A stretch of DNA of 64,000 nucleotides from Octopus vulgaris (lineage: Eukaryota): the NCBI GenBank assembly GCA_951406725.2, contig OX597843.1:3162001-3226000 (forward strand), in the 5' to 3' direction. The stretch's first letter is position 1. Each line of letters begins with the position of its first letter. The notes under the pieces are model-generated. The model made no database searches and had not been told where the DNA came from. It was given only the letters and a program-made list of their open reading frames with translations. This document shows positions 1-11,371 of this stretch, one piece after another. Made by a program: the position numbers and the translations under genes.

Positions 1-455
1 CAATCTTGATGGTGTCAAGCCAGCGGGTTCTTGGTCGGCCTCTTCCTCTCTTGCCACTGACCATTCCGAGCATGATGTCCTTCTCCAGGGATTTTCTCCA
101 AATAATATGACCAAAATATGCCAATCTATGCTTGGTGATCCCAGCTTCCAGCGACATTTTCAGCCTGATCTGCTTCAGAACTTCTCCATTGGTCGGCCTC
201 TTCCTCTCTTGCCACTGACCATTCCAAGCATGATGTCCTTCTCCAGGGATTTTCTCCTCATAATATGACCAAAATGTGCCAATCTATGCTTGGTGATCCT
301 AGCTTCTAGCAACATTTTCGGCCTGATCTGCTTAAGAACTTCTCCATTGGTGAGCCTCGCTGTCCATGGAATCCGTAAAAGTCTTCTCCAACACCAAAGC
401 TCGAATGCATTAATTCTCTTCTGGTCAGCTTTCTTTAGTGTCCAGGTCTCGCATC
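1..455 (-). mobile_element. RTE-clade LINE 3' fragment (C-terminal to RT), with ~158-bp internal tandem duplication
   Basis: ORF 175-495(-) reads GCETWTLKKADQKRINAFELWCWRRLLRIPWTAR..GKRGRGRP, typical of the RTE ORF C-terminus. The block tggtcggcctcttcctctcttgccactgacc occurs at ~32 and ~190. Confidence 0.85.
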
Positions 456-779
456 CAGTGGATACATATATGTGTGTATAAATGTGTATGAACATATGTG
501 CATATGTTTATATATATATATGTGTGTGTGTGTGTATGTATGGATCTTATATTTAGATATAACTAGGGTACTTATATGTACTCATGACTTTTGCTTCGTT
601 TTTTTTTTCCATGGGTGCATGTAAATATTTCATTTATTTCTTATCGTATTTTCTACTGAAGAGGAAAAAATCCATGGGATTGATTCTGAAATTGATTCAA
701 TACAGAAATAACGTGCCAGCCCAGTCAAATGATGATGATGTACCCACCTCTCTACTAGAACCTTTATTTTTTTCTCCAG

Positions 780-1132
780 GTCAATCAACGAAACGAACAT
801 GGTTGCACACCTCTACATCTGGCCTGTGACGGTGGATATACAGATATTGTTCGTCTGTTATTGACATCCAGGGCTGATGTCAACACCGGTGATAATCTTG
901 GCAACACACCTCTACACCTGTCCTGTGGTGGTGTATACGCAGATATTGTTAAACTGTTAGTGGACGCTAGAGCTGATGTCAATAAGAGAGATACTAACGG
1001 TCACACACCTCTACATTTGGCCTGTTACGGAGGACAGACGGATATCGTTTACTGTCTCCTAGGAGCTGGAGCTGATGTGAATGTAGTGAACAATGTAAAT
1101 GGCGGAACACCTCTCCATGATGCAGTCCGAGG
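780..1132 (+). CDS. MIB2-like exon: ankyrin repeats
   Basis: Acceptor tttctccag|G; VNQRNEHGCTPLHLACDGGYTDIVRLLL..TPLHLSC..TPLHLAC..TPLHDAVR; donor GG|gtaggt. Confidence 0.9.
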
Positions 1133-2275
1133 GTAGGTCAACAATGATCTGGAATATCCAAATTCCTTTCTATTATATTTTTCATAGTGTTTGCTTTTAT
1201 TTAATTACTAGGTCATTGCTCGTTGCTACGTTGCCAATAAAAATAATTGTTAATCATGCACATACAGGCGCAAGAGTGGCTGCGTGGTAAGTAGCTTGCT
1301 TACCAACCACATGGTTCCGGGTTCAGTCCCACTGCGTGGCACCTTGGGCAAGTGTCTTCTGCTATAGCCTCGGGCCGACCAATGCCTTGTGAGTGGATTT
1401 GGTAGACGGAAACTGAAAGAAGCCCGTCGTATATGTGTGTATATATATATATATATGCAGGAGTGGCTGTGTGGTAAGTAGCTTGCTTACCAACCACATG
1501 GTTCCGGGTTCAGTCCCACTGCGTGGCACCTTGGGCAAGTGTCTTCTGCTATAGTCTCGGGCCGACCAATGCCTTGTGAGTGGATTTGGTAGACGGAAAC
1601 TGAAAGAAGCCTGTCATATATATGTATATATATATGTGTGTGTGTCTGTGTTTGTCCCCCTAGCATTGCTTGACAACCGATGCTGGTGTGTTTGTGTCCC
1701 CGTTACTTAGCGGTTCGGCAAAAGAGACTGATAGAATAAGTACTGGGCTTACAAAAGAATAAGTCCCGGGGTCGAGTTGCTCGATTAAAGGCGGTGCTCC
1801 AGCATGGCTGCAGTCAAATGACTGAAACAAGTAAAAGAGTAAAAGAGTATACCTTCGTAAATTGTTCACAATGAAAGTCTTTGTTGTAAAGTCTGTGTTG
1901 CTTACAAGTTGAAAGACACAGAAACACACACACAAGTAAACCAAAAACAACTGACTTTGTTTATGAAGTTTGTGTTGTGTTGACAGACTTGCACTTAAAA
2001 TCCTTATCGTTTTAAATCAAAACTTAGTTACTATGGTGACAGCACTACTTATCTACCAATTACCAAATGGTGGTGGTGACAAGTGGTGGGGACATACACA
2101 CACATACATACATATATACGACGGGCTTCTTTCAGTTTCCATCTACCAAATCCACTCACAAGGCTTTGGTCAGCCTGAGGCTATAGTAGAAGACACTTGC
2201 CCAAGGTGCCACACAGTGGGACTGAACCTAGAACCATGTGGTTGGTAAGCAAACTACTTACCACACAGCCACTCC

Positions 2276-2323
<48 letters not shown>

Positions 2324-2844
2324 TATACGACGGGCTTCTTTCAGTTTCCGTCTACCAAATCTACTCACAAGGCTTTGGTTGGCCTGAGGCTATAGTAGCA
2401 GACACTTGCCCAAGGTGCCACGCAGTGGGATTGAACCCAGAACAGTGTGGTTGGTAAGCAAGCTACTTACCACACAGCCACTCCTGCATGTGTGTCTATA
2501 TAATTATTGATGTAATTATATTATAGCGTCCTAATTATTAATTAACTCTCTTTCTGTGATTTTTTTTCATTTCTCAAATTTTCCTTTCCACTTTCTGTAA
2601 CTTTCAGGCAATGTCCTAATGTGGTGGTAGCGATACTGTTGCAGGTAAGTTAATGGTATACTCTTTTACTTGTTTCAGTCATTTGACTGCGGCCATGCTG
2701 GAGCACCGCCTTTCATCGAGCAACTCAACCCCCGGGACTTATTCTATCGGTCTCTATTGCCGACCAAACCGCTAAGAGACGGGGACGTAAACACACTAGC
2801 ATCGGTTGTCAAGCAATGCTAGGGGGACAAACACAGACATACAA

Positions 2845-2879
<35 letters not shown>

Positions 2880-5800
2880 CATATATATACGACGGGCTTC
2901 TTTCAGTTTCCGTCTACCAAATCCACTCACAAGGCTTTGGTCAGCCCGGGGCTATAGTAGAAGACACTTGCCCAAGATGCCACGCAGTGGGACTGAACCC
3001 GGAACCATGTGGTTGGTTAGCAAGCTACTTACCACACAGCCACTCCTGCGCCTATATTTCTAACCAAAATACACCCCTTATGTGTTTCAATTAGGGTTCT
3101 GAGTTCAAATTCTGCCAAGGTCGATGTTGCCTTTCATCCTTTCGGGGATCTAATCGACTGGACCCCTCTCCTAAAATTTTGGGCCTTGGGCCTGGAGTAG
3201 AAAACAGCATTTTTTGAGCCAAGGCAGTGAGCTGGCAGAAACGTTAGAACGCCAGGCGAAATGCTTAGCGGTATTTCATCTGTCTTTACATTCTGAGTTC
3301 AAATTTGAGCTCTTTTGCTCCTTTATCACAATCTGTTACATTGCAGACCCATGACTTTGCCGTATCCCTGGCAGTGTGGCTGAATGGATCTTGTGTGTTG
3401 CAACAGGGTAGGGCACAATCATTACTCTCCAGGGTATTTTCAAAATACCCAGATACCCATCTTACAAGTAAAAGAGTAATAAAAGAGTATACCAAGTTAG
3501 AGAGGGACCTTATGGAAGGTTGACTTCACCGACAAACCTTAAACGCATGTAATCAAGTTAATCAAATACCCAGTAGAAGAGTGTAGTGGCAAATATCCAC
3601 CCTAATTTTTATGTAAATTATCGTTTTCCCTTTTTTGTCTCCACAAAGGATCAAGTGAATTTGGATGTCAAGAACCACAACCAGAGAACCCCGTTTCTTT
3701 TGGCTGTCTCCGAGGGCCACCTCGGAATCATTCATATGTTGATTGACCATGAAGCAGATATAAACACCGTTGATGCTGATGATAACAACTGCCTGCATCT
3801 TGCCCTGGAGAAGGAGATGTTCCGTTCTGCGGATGAGTCCTTGGAAATTTTAGATGAGGTAAGTTTTAAAATTGCTTGTGAATATGAGGGAGAGATGGAC
3901 AGAGAGACAGTCATGTCTTATAGTTATATATATATCATCATCATCATCATCTTCGTTTAGCGTCCGCTTTCCATGCTACCATGGGTTGAACGGTTCAACT
4001 GGGGTCTGGGAAGCCAGAAGGCTGCACCAGGCCCAGTCTGATCTGGCAATGTTTCTACAGCTGGATGCCCTTCCTAACGCCAACCACTCCGTGAGTGTAG
4101 TGGGTGCTTTTTACGTGCCACCGGCACAGGTGCCAGACGAGGCTGGCAAACGGCCACGATCGGATGGTGCTTTTTTTACGTGCCACCGGCACGGGGGCCA
4201 GATGAGGCTGGCAACGGCCACGATCAGATGGTGCTTTTTACGTGCCACCAGCACAAGGCCAGTCGGGGTGGTGCTGGCAACGACCACATTCGGATAGTTC
4301 TCTTACTTACCACCGACACTGGTATCACAGCTGCAATTTCCATTGATGTTGATCGATTTTGATTTTGATTTCTATATATATATATATACCAAAAGGATGT
4401 GTTAAAATACTATTCCACATATACAAAACCAGCTATACCAACAATCCAACATACGTCCATCATCAGCTGCCCCATGGATATCATTATGGTTTCAACTCCT
4501 GGTGGGCAGTACCACTCAATCCAGCAGTGTCAACAGCACTAAAATAAGTGATATACACACACACACGCACACAAGTACATGCATACACATACATATGACA
4601 AGCTTCTTTCAGTTTCTATCAACCAAATTCACTCAGAAAGTTTTGGTTGGCCCGAGGCTACAGTAGAAGACACTTGCCCAAGGTGCCACACAGTGAGACT
4701 GAACCTGGAACCATGTGGTTGGGAAGCAAGTTTCTTACCACACAGCCACGCCTGTGCCTATACTCTTTACTCTTTTACTTGTTTCAGTCATTTGACTGCG
4801 GCCATGCTGGAGCACCGCCTTTTAGTCGAGCAAATCGACCCCGGGACTTATTCTTTGTAAGCCTAGTACTTATTCTATCGGTCTCTTTTGCCGAACCGCT
4901 AAGTGACGGGGACGTAAACACACCAGCATCGGTTGTCAAGCAATGCTAGTGGGACAAACACAGACACACAAACACACACACATATATATATATATACATA
5001 TATACGACAGGCTTCTTTCAGTTTCCGTCTACTAAATCCACTCACAAGGCATTGGTCGGCCCGGGGCTATAGCAGAAGACACTTGCCCAAGATGCCACAC
5101 AGTGCGACTGAACCCGCAACCATGTGGTTGGTTAGCAAGCTACTTACCACACAGCCACTCCTGCGCTGTGTAGATGTAGTTTAACTTTTGTGTAATTTGG
5201 GGCATATATAACGCCTAACGCCTGTTTCTGTAGTATTGTTCTCCTCTTTATATGTTTCTTCATTTGTAGGGCTGCACTAAACTGTCTTTGAACGAGAATG
5301 ACAGGCTTTCCGGAATAGCAGTCGCGTATTATTTAGCTCATCATGGAGCTAACTTTTACCACCAAAATACCAAGAACGAAGTCCCACTGGACCGTATTAC
5401 GAACCCAGATCTGAGAGAAAAAATAAAAACAATTTTCACCCCGCCGTAAGTATTTGCTGATAATGGACAAGATCAACCAGTTCATTTTCTATTTTGTACA
5501 TAATCATGTTTATATTATCTGAAGTATATTTGCCACTTAAACGTGGCTAACCCCTAAGAGTGGATGCTACTGTAGCTTGTAGCCCCAGGAGGACACCTCC
5601 TCCAGCTGGCTATTGACACACTTTCTGTGCCCTATCAGTATTTGCAAAGGGAAGCCATCCTGTCTTCAACCTATGATACACATGGACTCGAGTTTCTTGG
5701 TATTGACCCGTCATCAGCGTGTGACAATCACTGGTTGTCGATGAAAAGTAGGCCTTCCTCTACAAATATATATCCTTTTTCCAGTGATGAAAAATCACTG

Positions 5801-8644
5801 ATATCAAAGAAGTGTAAACAAGCAATCATAAATCTCTGAGCGAAGTATAAACAGTAGCAGCATGACATCGTGAAGTATATTTGCCACTTAAGTGTGGCTA
5901 ACCCCTAAGGGTGGATTGCTTTTAACATTGCTTTTATCACCCGGACATCAATGCTTTGAAACTGACCTATTTTCCATTACGTTTCAAACAAATCCAGCTC
6001 TGAGTTGCTGACGTAGAAATATTGTTATAGCAAATATTCTGCTCAATACCACAGATTTGCTTGTTGCTTTTGGTCAGTCAGTGTTATCTCCTATTTGCTT
6101 CTACTTAGAAATGAAAGGAATGACCAGTATTCCCTTCAAACTTTGCTTTTATCACCCAGACAATGTTTCAAAACTGACCAATTTTCCATTACATTTCACA
6201 CAGATCCAGCACAGAGTTGCTGAAGCAGAAATATCATTATAGCAAATATTCTGACCAATACCACAGATTTGCTTGTTGTTTTTGGTCAGTGAGTGTCATT
6301 TCTTATTGGATTCTGTCTAGAAATCAAAGGAAGTAACTACCATTCCCTTCACACTTTGCTTTTATCACCCGGACATCAATGTTTTCAAACTGACCAATTT
6401 TCCATTACATTTCAGATACTTTAGTATTTCATTTTCTGTAAATGTATACTCAATGTACGTTTATATATTTGTTGTGCAAGATTTTTTTATGTGAAGTCGT
6501 GTGTTGAAACAGATATTGTTATATTTTGGAATGGTCATTTTGCCAGTTTAGCCAATAAAAAACACACGCACTATATATTTGGTGTTATTTTGCTTCAGTG
6601 TTATTTATTTTTTACATTAATCTTAATCTTATTTCGCCTAGAGTTCTTTCATCACAGGCGTGTGACCGCATCAGTGGTCCTTTGTTTTCTTCTTTCTTAT
6701 TTGTGTGTCTCTCCTTACTAACCGTCAGCCATTTTGTATTTCTATTGTACGTCTTCATTTGCGCTGACTGTTAGTAAGGAGAGACACAAATAGGAAAGAA
6801 GAAAGCAAAGGACCACTGATGAGGTCACAGGAGTGTGACGAAAGAACTCTGGCCAAAATAAGATTAAGATTAATGTAAAAAATAAATAACACTGAAGCAA
6901 AGTAACACCAAATATATAGTGCGTGTGTTTTTTATTGGCTAAACTGGCAAAATGACCATTCCGAAATACAACAACAATAATAATATATTATAAAATATAT
7001 ATTACTAAAAACCCAGGTTTTTCTACACACGTATATATCTTTCTGAAGAATTTTCTAATATTGACTTCCTGATATTAATAATAATGGCTGACTGTTAGTA
7101 AGGAGAGACACAGAAATAAGAAAGAAAAAAGCAAAGGACCACTGATGAGGTCACAGGATTGTGACGAAAGAACTTTGGCCGAAATAAGATTAAGATTAAT
7201 GTAAAAAATAAATAACACTGAAGCAAAGTAACACCAAATATATAGTTGCATGTGTTTTTATTGGCTAAACTGGCAAAATGACCATTCCTAAATACAACAA
7301 TATACTCAATGTAATATTTGTTATAAATGGACGATAACTGTTATTGATGGGCTGTGTTTTTCTTTGGCTTTTTCTTCCATAGATTGCTGTGTATGTTTTG
7401 TGAAATTAACCATCCCATAGTAGAATTCCATCCCTGCGGCCATACTTTGATCTGTGAGACATGTTGTTCAAAAGTTCCGCTTAGAAGTTGTCCTGAGTGT
7501 CGACTAAGGATAACCAAAAAATCTGGACGTGGTAAGAATACATGGCGCTACTTTTGTATGCAATCTACATTGCCAGCGTGTTCTACAAGAGTCAAATTCC
7601 TCTTTAGAACGCGATCTACGTGTTTCGTTTATTTGGTATGGCTTAACCCTTTTGTTACTAACCCGGCCAAAACCAGCTCTGGCTCTGTGGTAAAATGTCT
7701 TGTTTTCATAAGTTTTGAATTAAAATATTCCACCAAACCTTAGTCACAATTTAGTAAAATAACTTAGTTATCATTAAACTAGTGTTAGGAACGTAAATTT
7801 ACCAGCATTTTCTCTCCATTTTTAATGCATTTTTTTGCTATTTTTTGGCTATAACTCTCTAAAAATGCTTATATAGTTATTTCCCTTACAAACCCGAGCA
7901 ACGCCGAGCGATACTGCTAGTTACTACTAAACAATGAAGAGGTCGCAAACACAAACTTTACTTGGCATACTTTTGGATTTATCATAACCCGTATCGTTAC
8001 AACTGCTGACTCCAACATTTCATAATATTATTTACTAACCAAATATCAATGGAAACAGTAGTTGTGATACCTGTGCCGGTGACACATAAAAAGCACCATC
8101 CGAACGTGGCCGTTGCCAGTGCAGCCTCCACTGGCTTCTGTGCCGGTGGCACATAAAAAGCACCATCCGAACGTGACCGATGCCAACCCTGCCTCGAATG
8201 GCTTCTGTGCCGGTGGCACATAAAAAAGCACCATCCGAACGTGACCGATGCCAACCCTGCCTCAGAATGGCTTCTGTGCCGGTGGCACATAAAAAGCACC
8301 ATCCGAACGTGACCGATGCCAACCCTGCCTCGAATGGCTTCTGTGCCGGTGGCACATAAAAAGCACCATCCGAACGTGACCGATGCCAACCCTGCCTCGA
8401 ATGGCTTCTGTGCCGGTGGCACATAAAAAGCACCATCTGAACGTGACCGATGCCAGACCCCTCTGGCACCTGTGCAGGTGGCACGTAAAAAGCACCCACT
8501 ACACTCGCGGAGTGGTTGGCGTTAGGAAGGGCATCCAGCCGTAGAAACACTGCCAGATCAGACCGGAGCCTGGGGCAGCCCCTGGCTCCCCAGACCCCGG
8601 TCGAACCGTCCAACCCGTGCTAGCGCGGAAAACGGACGTTAAAC

Positions 8645-8677
<33 letters not shown>

Positions 8678-8901
8678 AATGAATCAATCTTACCTGTTAC
8701 AGACTGATATAAACCTGTGTATTTATCGTTTCAGATGGGTCCCATGTGGAAGACCAGTTCACGTGTTCAATATGCATGGAGCGTCCATGGAACATGGTAT
8801 TTGAATGTGGCCATACCACTTGTAAAGAATGTGGAGGACAACTCACTCAGTGCCATTTGTGTAGGAAACTAATTGAGAGAAAGATAATTATTAAATGTTA
8901 A
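780..8901 (+). CDS. MIB2: Mind bomb 2-like ankyrin-repeat / two-RING E3 ubiquitin ligase, 3' part (6 exons; 5' end outside window)
   Basis: Exons 780-1132, 2608-2644, 3649-3858, 5270-5445, 7383-7531 and 8735-8901 join in frame over GT-AG introns (phases 2,0,0,2,1). They give ankyrin repeats, then two C3HC4 RINGs, then TAA. MIB2-like architecture; orthology not established. Confidence 0.75.
1266..1848 (+). mobile_element. tRNA-derived CORE-type SINE (octopus OR2-like): partial copy followed by full copy
   Basis: A-box-like tggctgtgtgg, B-box ggttcagtccc, CORE-like ccttgggcaagt, internal (TA)/(TG) tract, gtaaaaga tail. About 20 copies in the window. Confidence 0.8.
2100..3053 (-). mobile_element. 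Three OR2-like SINE copies (approx. 2100-2278, 2325-2487, 2660-3053) around the 37-nt exon
   Basis: Reverse complements of the 1457-1848 element. Confidence 0.8.
2608..2644 (+). CDS. MIB2-like 37-nt exon
   Basis: Polypyrimidine tract + ctttcag|G, (G)QCPNVVVAILLQ, donor CAG|gtaagt; restores phase between the flanking exons. Confidence 0.8.
3649..3858 (+). CDS. MIB2-like exon: ankyrin repeats
   Basis: acaaag|GAT; DQVNLDVKNHNQRTPFLLAVSEGHLGIIHMLIDHEADINTVDADDNNCLHLAL..; GAG|gtaagt. Confidence 0.9.
3933..4370 (-). mobile_element. Second SINE family with (GAT)n tail and internal ~66-bp repeats
   Basis: catcatcatc..gtttagcgtccgctttccatg..ggatgcccttcctaacgcc (MetaSINE-like domain by recollection), then gtgccaccggcac repeats. 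Other copies near 8040, 9076, 16340, 33830, 37515, 39222, 44150, 56310. Confidence 0.7.
4590..5165 (-). mobile_element. Two OR2-like SINEs
   Basis: Same sequence as the other copies, reverse strand. Confidence 0.8.
5270..5445 (+). CDS. MIB2-like exon: last ankyrin repeat and linker
   Basis: tttgtag|GGC; GCTKLSLNENDRLSGIAVAYYLAHHGANFYHQNTKNEVPLDRITNPDLREKIKTIFTP; CC|gtaagt. Confidence 0.85.
5520..5912 (-). mobile_element. Penelope-like terminal remnant with decayed type I hammerhead
   Basis: Direct repeat tgaagtatatttgccacttaa..gtggctaacccctaag at ~5520 and ~5871. Minus strand 5679-5723 reads cacacg-CTGATGA-cgggtcaataccaa-GAAA-ctcgag-TC-catgtg. Confidence 0.6.
6810..6854 (+). ncRNA. Minimal type I hammerhead ribozyme motif
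   Basis: ggacca-CTGATGA-g-gtcaca ggag tgtgac-GAAA-gaa-CTC-tggcc: 6-bp stem II, 2-bp stem III, one extra base after the core. Confidence 0.6.
7136..7180 (+). ncRNA. Minimal type I hammerhead ribozyme motif, second copy
   Basis: ggacca-CTGATGA-g-gtcaca ggat tgtgac-GAAA-gaa-CTT-tggcc, 326 bp after the first. Confidence 0.55.
7383..7531 (+). CDS. MIB2-like exon: RING finger 1
   Basis: ttccatag|A; LLCMFCEINHPIVEFHPCGHTLICETCCSKVPLRSCPECRLRITKK; G|gtaaga. Confidence 0.9.
7800..7920 (+). mobile_element. Helitron 3' end remnant
   Basis: Ends cccgagcaacgccgagcgatactgCTAG|t, matching the Helitron at 55498-55881. Confidence 0.65.
8040..8680 (+). repeat. SINE with internal ~67-bp minisatellite (~6 units) and (GAT)n tail
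   Basis: tgccggtggcacataaaaagcaccatc recurs at 8141, 8208, ~8277, 8344, 8411. Confidence 0.85.
8735..8901 (+). CDS. MIB2-like terminal exon: RING finger 2
   Basis: tttcag|AT; DGSHVEDQFTCSICMERPWNMVFECGHTTCKECGGQLTQCHLCRKLIERKIIIKC, TAA at 8899-8901. Confidence 0.9.
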
Positions 8902-9075
8902 TTAAACCGCTTCTTTTTCTGCTCTTCTTTTTGCCCCGTTGGTATATCACCTTGTCATCACCACCACCACCCTTGATCTCACCCACACACATGTACAGGG
9001 CGGGGGGGGGGGGCTTGGAAAGTTTTTGGCTTGGGTAAAAGAAAATACCTGAGGATCGGTCAATTATGATTTTAA

Positions 9076-10230
9076 TCACAAAGTCAAAATCAAATTCGGT
9101 GACTGGCATCCGTTGCTAGTGGAGCGCTAAGAGTACCATACGAGTGAGATCGTTGCCAGAGCAACAAGCTGGCCTTCATGCCGATGGCACGTTAAGCACA
9201 CAATTCAAGTGTTATCGTTACCTGCGTCGCCTTACTAGCACTTGTGCTGGTGGCAGGTGAAATATTCAAGCGAGGTCGTCGCCAGTGCCGCTGGACTGGC
9301 TCCTGTGCAGGTGGCACGTAAAAAGCACCATTTGGGCATGGCCGTTGCCAGTACCACCAAACTGGCCCTCTTGCCGGTGGCACGTTAAAAGCACCATTTG
9401 GGCGTGGCCGTTGCCAGTACCACCAAACTGGCCCTTGTGCCGGTGGTACGTAAAAAGCACCATTTGGGTGTGGCCGTTGCCAGTACCACCAAACTGGCCC
9501 TCGTGCCGGTGGCACGTTAAAAGCACCATTTGGCGTGGCCGTTGCCAGTACCACCAAACTGGCCCTCTTGCCGGTGGCACGTTAAAAGCACCATTTGGGC
9601 GTGGCCGTTGCCAGTACCACCAAACTGGCCCTTGTGCCGGTGGCACGTTAAAAGCACCATTTGGGCGTGGCCGTTGCCAGTACCACCAAACTGGCCCTTG
9701 TGCCGGTGGCACGTTAAAAGCACCATTTGGGCGTGGCCGTTGCCAGTACCACCAAACTGGCCCTCTTGCCGGTGGCACGTTAAAAGCACCATTTGGGCGT
9801 GGCCGTTGCCAGTACCACCAAACTGGCCCTCGTGCCGGTGGCACGTTAAAAGCACCATTTGGGCGTGGCCGTTGCCAGTACCACCAAACTGGCCCTTGTG
9901 CCGGTGGCACGTAAAAAGCACCATTTGGGTGTGGCCGTTGCCAGTACCACCAAACTGGCCCTTGTGCCGGTGGCACGTAAAAAGCACCATTTGGGTGTGG
10001 CCGTTGCTAGTACCACCAAACAGGCCCTCGTGCCGGTGGCACATAAAAAGCACCATTTGTGGGTGCTTTTTATGTGCCACCCGCACAGGCGCCAGACGGT
10101 GCTGGCAAACGGCCACGATCGGATGGTGCTTTTTATGTTGCACCGGCACGGAGGCCAGTCGGCTGGCACTGGTATCACAGCTACAAATTCCATTGATGTT
10201 GATAGATTACGATTTTGATTTTGATTTTCA
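9076..10230. repeat. SINE-derived 66-bp minisatellite (~12 units, ~9305-10058) fused to an inverted copy of the same family
   Basis: Unit ggtggcacgttaaaagcaccatttgggcgtggccgttgccagtaccaccaaactggcccttgtgcc; orientation flips at ~10058. Confidence 0.85.
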
Positions 10231-10449
10231 CTTGCCTTCTTGGGAGTTTTGTGTCCCAAGAAATATAATTGCAAATCTGTACAAAACTGGTCAATAAATT
10301 TTTATCATTAAAATTTTACCTCCTTGTCTGTCCTATGTACATGTTAGGCCATAGTGTTGTCAATGGGAAGATATGTAACACAAAGGAAGCTTGAGTGTCA
10401 AAATGGTGCTACAAGATAAAACGTAATTATGTTATAAGAATGTGCATTT

Positions 10450-10845
10450 AGTTAGTTAGTTCGTTAGTTAATTTTTTGGCTCAAAAAGCAAAAAAGCAAG
10501 GCCATTTAGGGGGACATGGAGTTATGTACAGGGTGGTGTTCATGTAAAGAGTTCAGGCCATTTGTGGTCAAGGGAGACTTTGAACCGAGCGGTCGTCGGC
10601 ATCTAATCCCACATATCCGCAACCCAGACGGAGAAAGCCCCTCTCCTTCGATTGAGATGAAATCGTCGCAGATAGAGCTTTTCGGAATGACCCCGCAGCC
10701 AACGCTCTGGAGCAGGAGTGAAGAACAGCTCTTTTGAGAGGTTACACTTTCTGCTTATGATGTTGTGAGCAAGAATGAGATCACCACGGCATCGTCTTTT
10801 CTAGAGAATAAAGGTCGAGCGTCTTCAGCCTTTCTTCATAAAGCA
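10450..10845 (-). mobile_element. CR1/L2-group LINE 3' fragment with (TAAC)n tail
   Basis: Same family as the ZNF-intron copies encoding YEERL..LDLYSLEKRR.RGDLI. Confidence 0.8.
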
Positions 10846-10910
10846 ATGGAAAATTAATGCCAATAAATTTTCTGTAGTGAGAAAAATGAAGCCCATTTCA
10901 TTCATATATT

Positions 10911-11371
10911 TTATCCTTGTTTGTCCCCTCTGTGTTTAGCCCCTTGTGGGCAGTAAAGAAATAGGTATTTCGTCCGCCGTTACGTTCCGAGTTCAAATTC
11001 CGCCGAGGTCGACTTTGCCTTTCATCCTTTCGGGGTTGATAAATTAAGTACCAGTTACGCATTGGGGTCGATGTAATCGACTTAATCCCTTTGTCTTTCC
11101 TTGTTTGTCCCCTCTATGTTTAGCTTCTTGTGGGCAGTAAAGAAATAGGTATTTCGTCTGCTGTTACGTTCAGAGTTCAAATTCCGCCGAGGTCGACTTT
11201 GCCTTTCATCCTTTCGGGGTCGATAAATTAAGTACCAGTTACACACTGGGGCTGATGTAATCGACTTAAACCCTTTGTCTTTCCTTGCTTGTCCCCTTTA
11301 TGTTTAGCCCCTTGTGGGTAGTAAAAAAATGGGTATTTCGTCTGCCGTTACGTTCTGAGTTCAAATTCCGC
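10911..11371 (+). repeat. ~184-bp tandem repeat of a Nin/Deu-domain SINE (OR1-like)
   Basis: ggtatttcgtc recurs at ~10964, ~11148, ~11332; contains gccgaggtcgactttgcctttcatcctttcggggtcgataaa. Another copy at ~3095-3310. Confidence 0.7.

Larger units (their letters stand above)
6495..7302 (+). mobile_element. Penelope-like pseudo-LTR cluster: one inverted plus two tandem direct copies
   Basis: ~6495-6725 is the reverse complement of ~6765-6975 and ~7085-7302; each copy carries a hammerhead-like motif. Confidence 0.65.

Noticed and set aside
1266-1345. tRNA gene
   Set aside because: A/B boxes belong to the SINE head and continue into SINE body; no convincing cloverleaf.
5925-6415. Degenerate ~215-bp triplicated segment
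   Set aside because: Real but old intronic repeat with no termini or coding signal to classify.
9192-10297. Long ORFs of 200-255 aa on both strands
   Set aside because: By-product of a stop-poor 66-bp SINE minisatellite.
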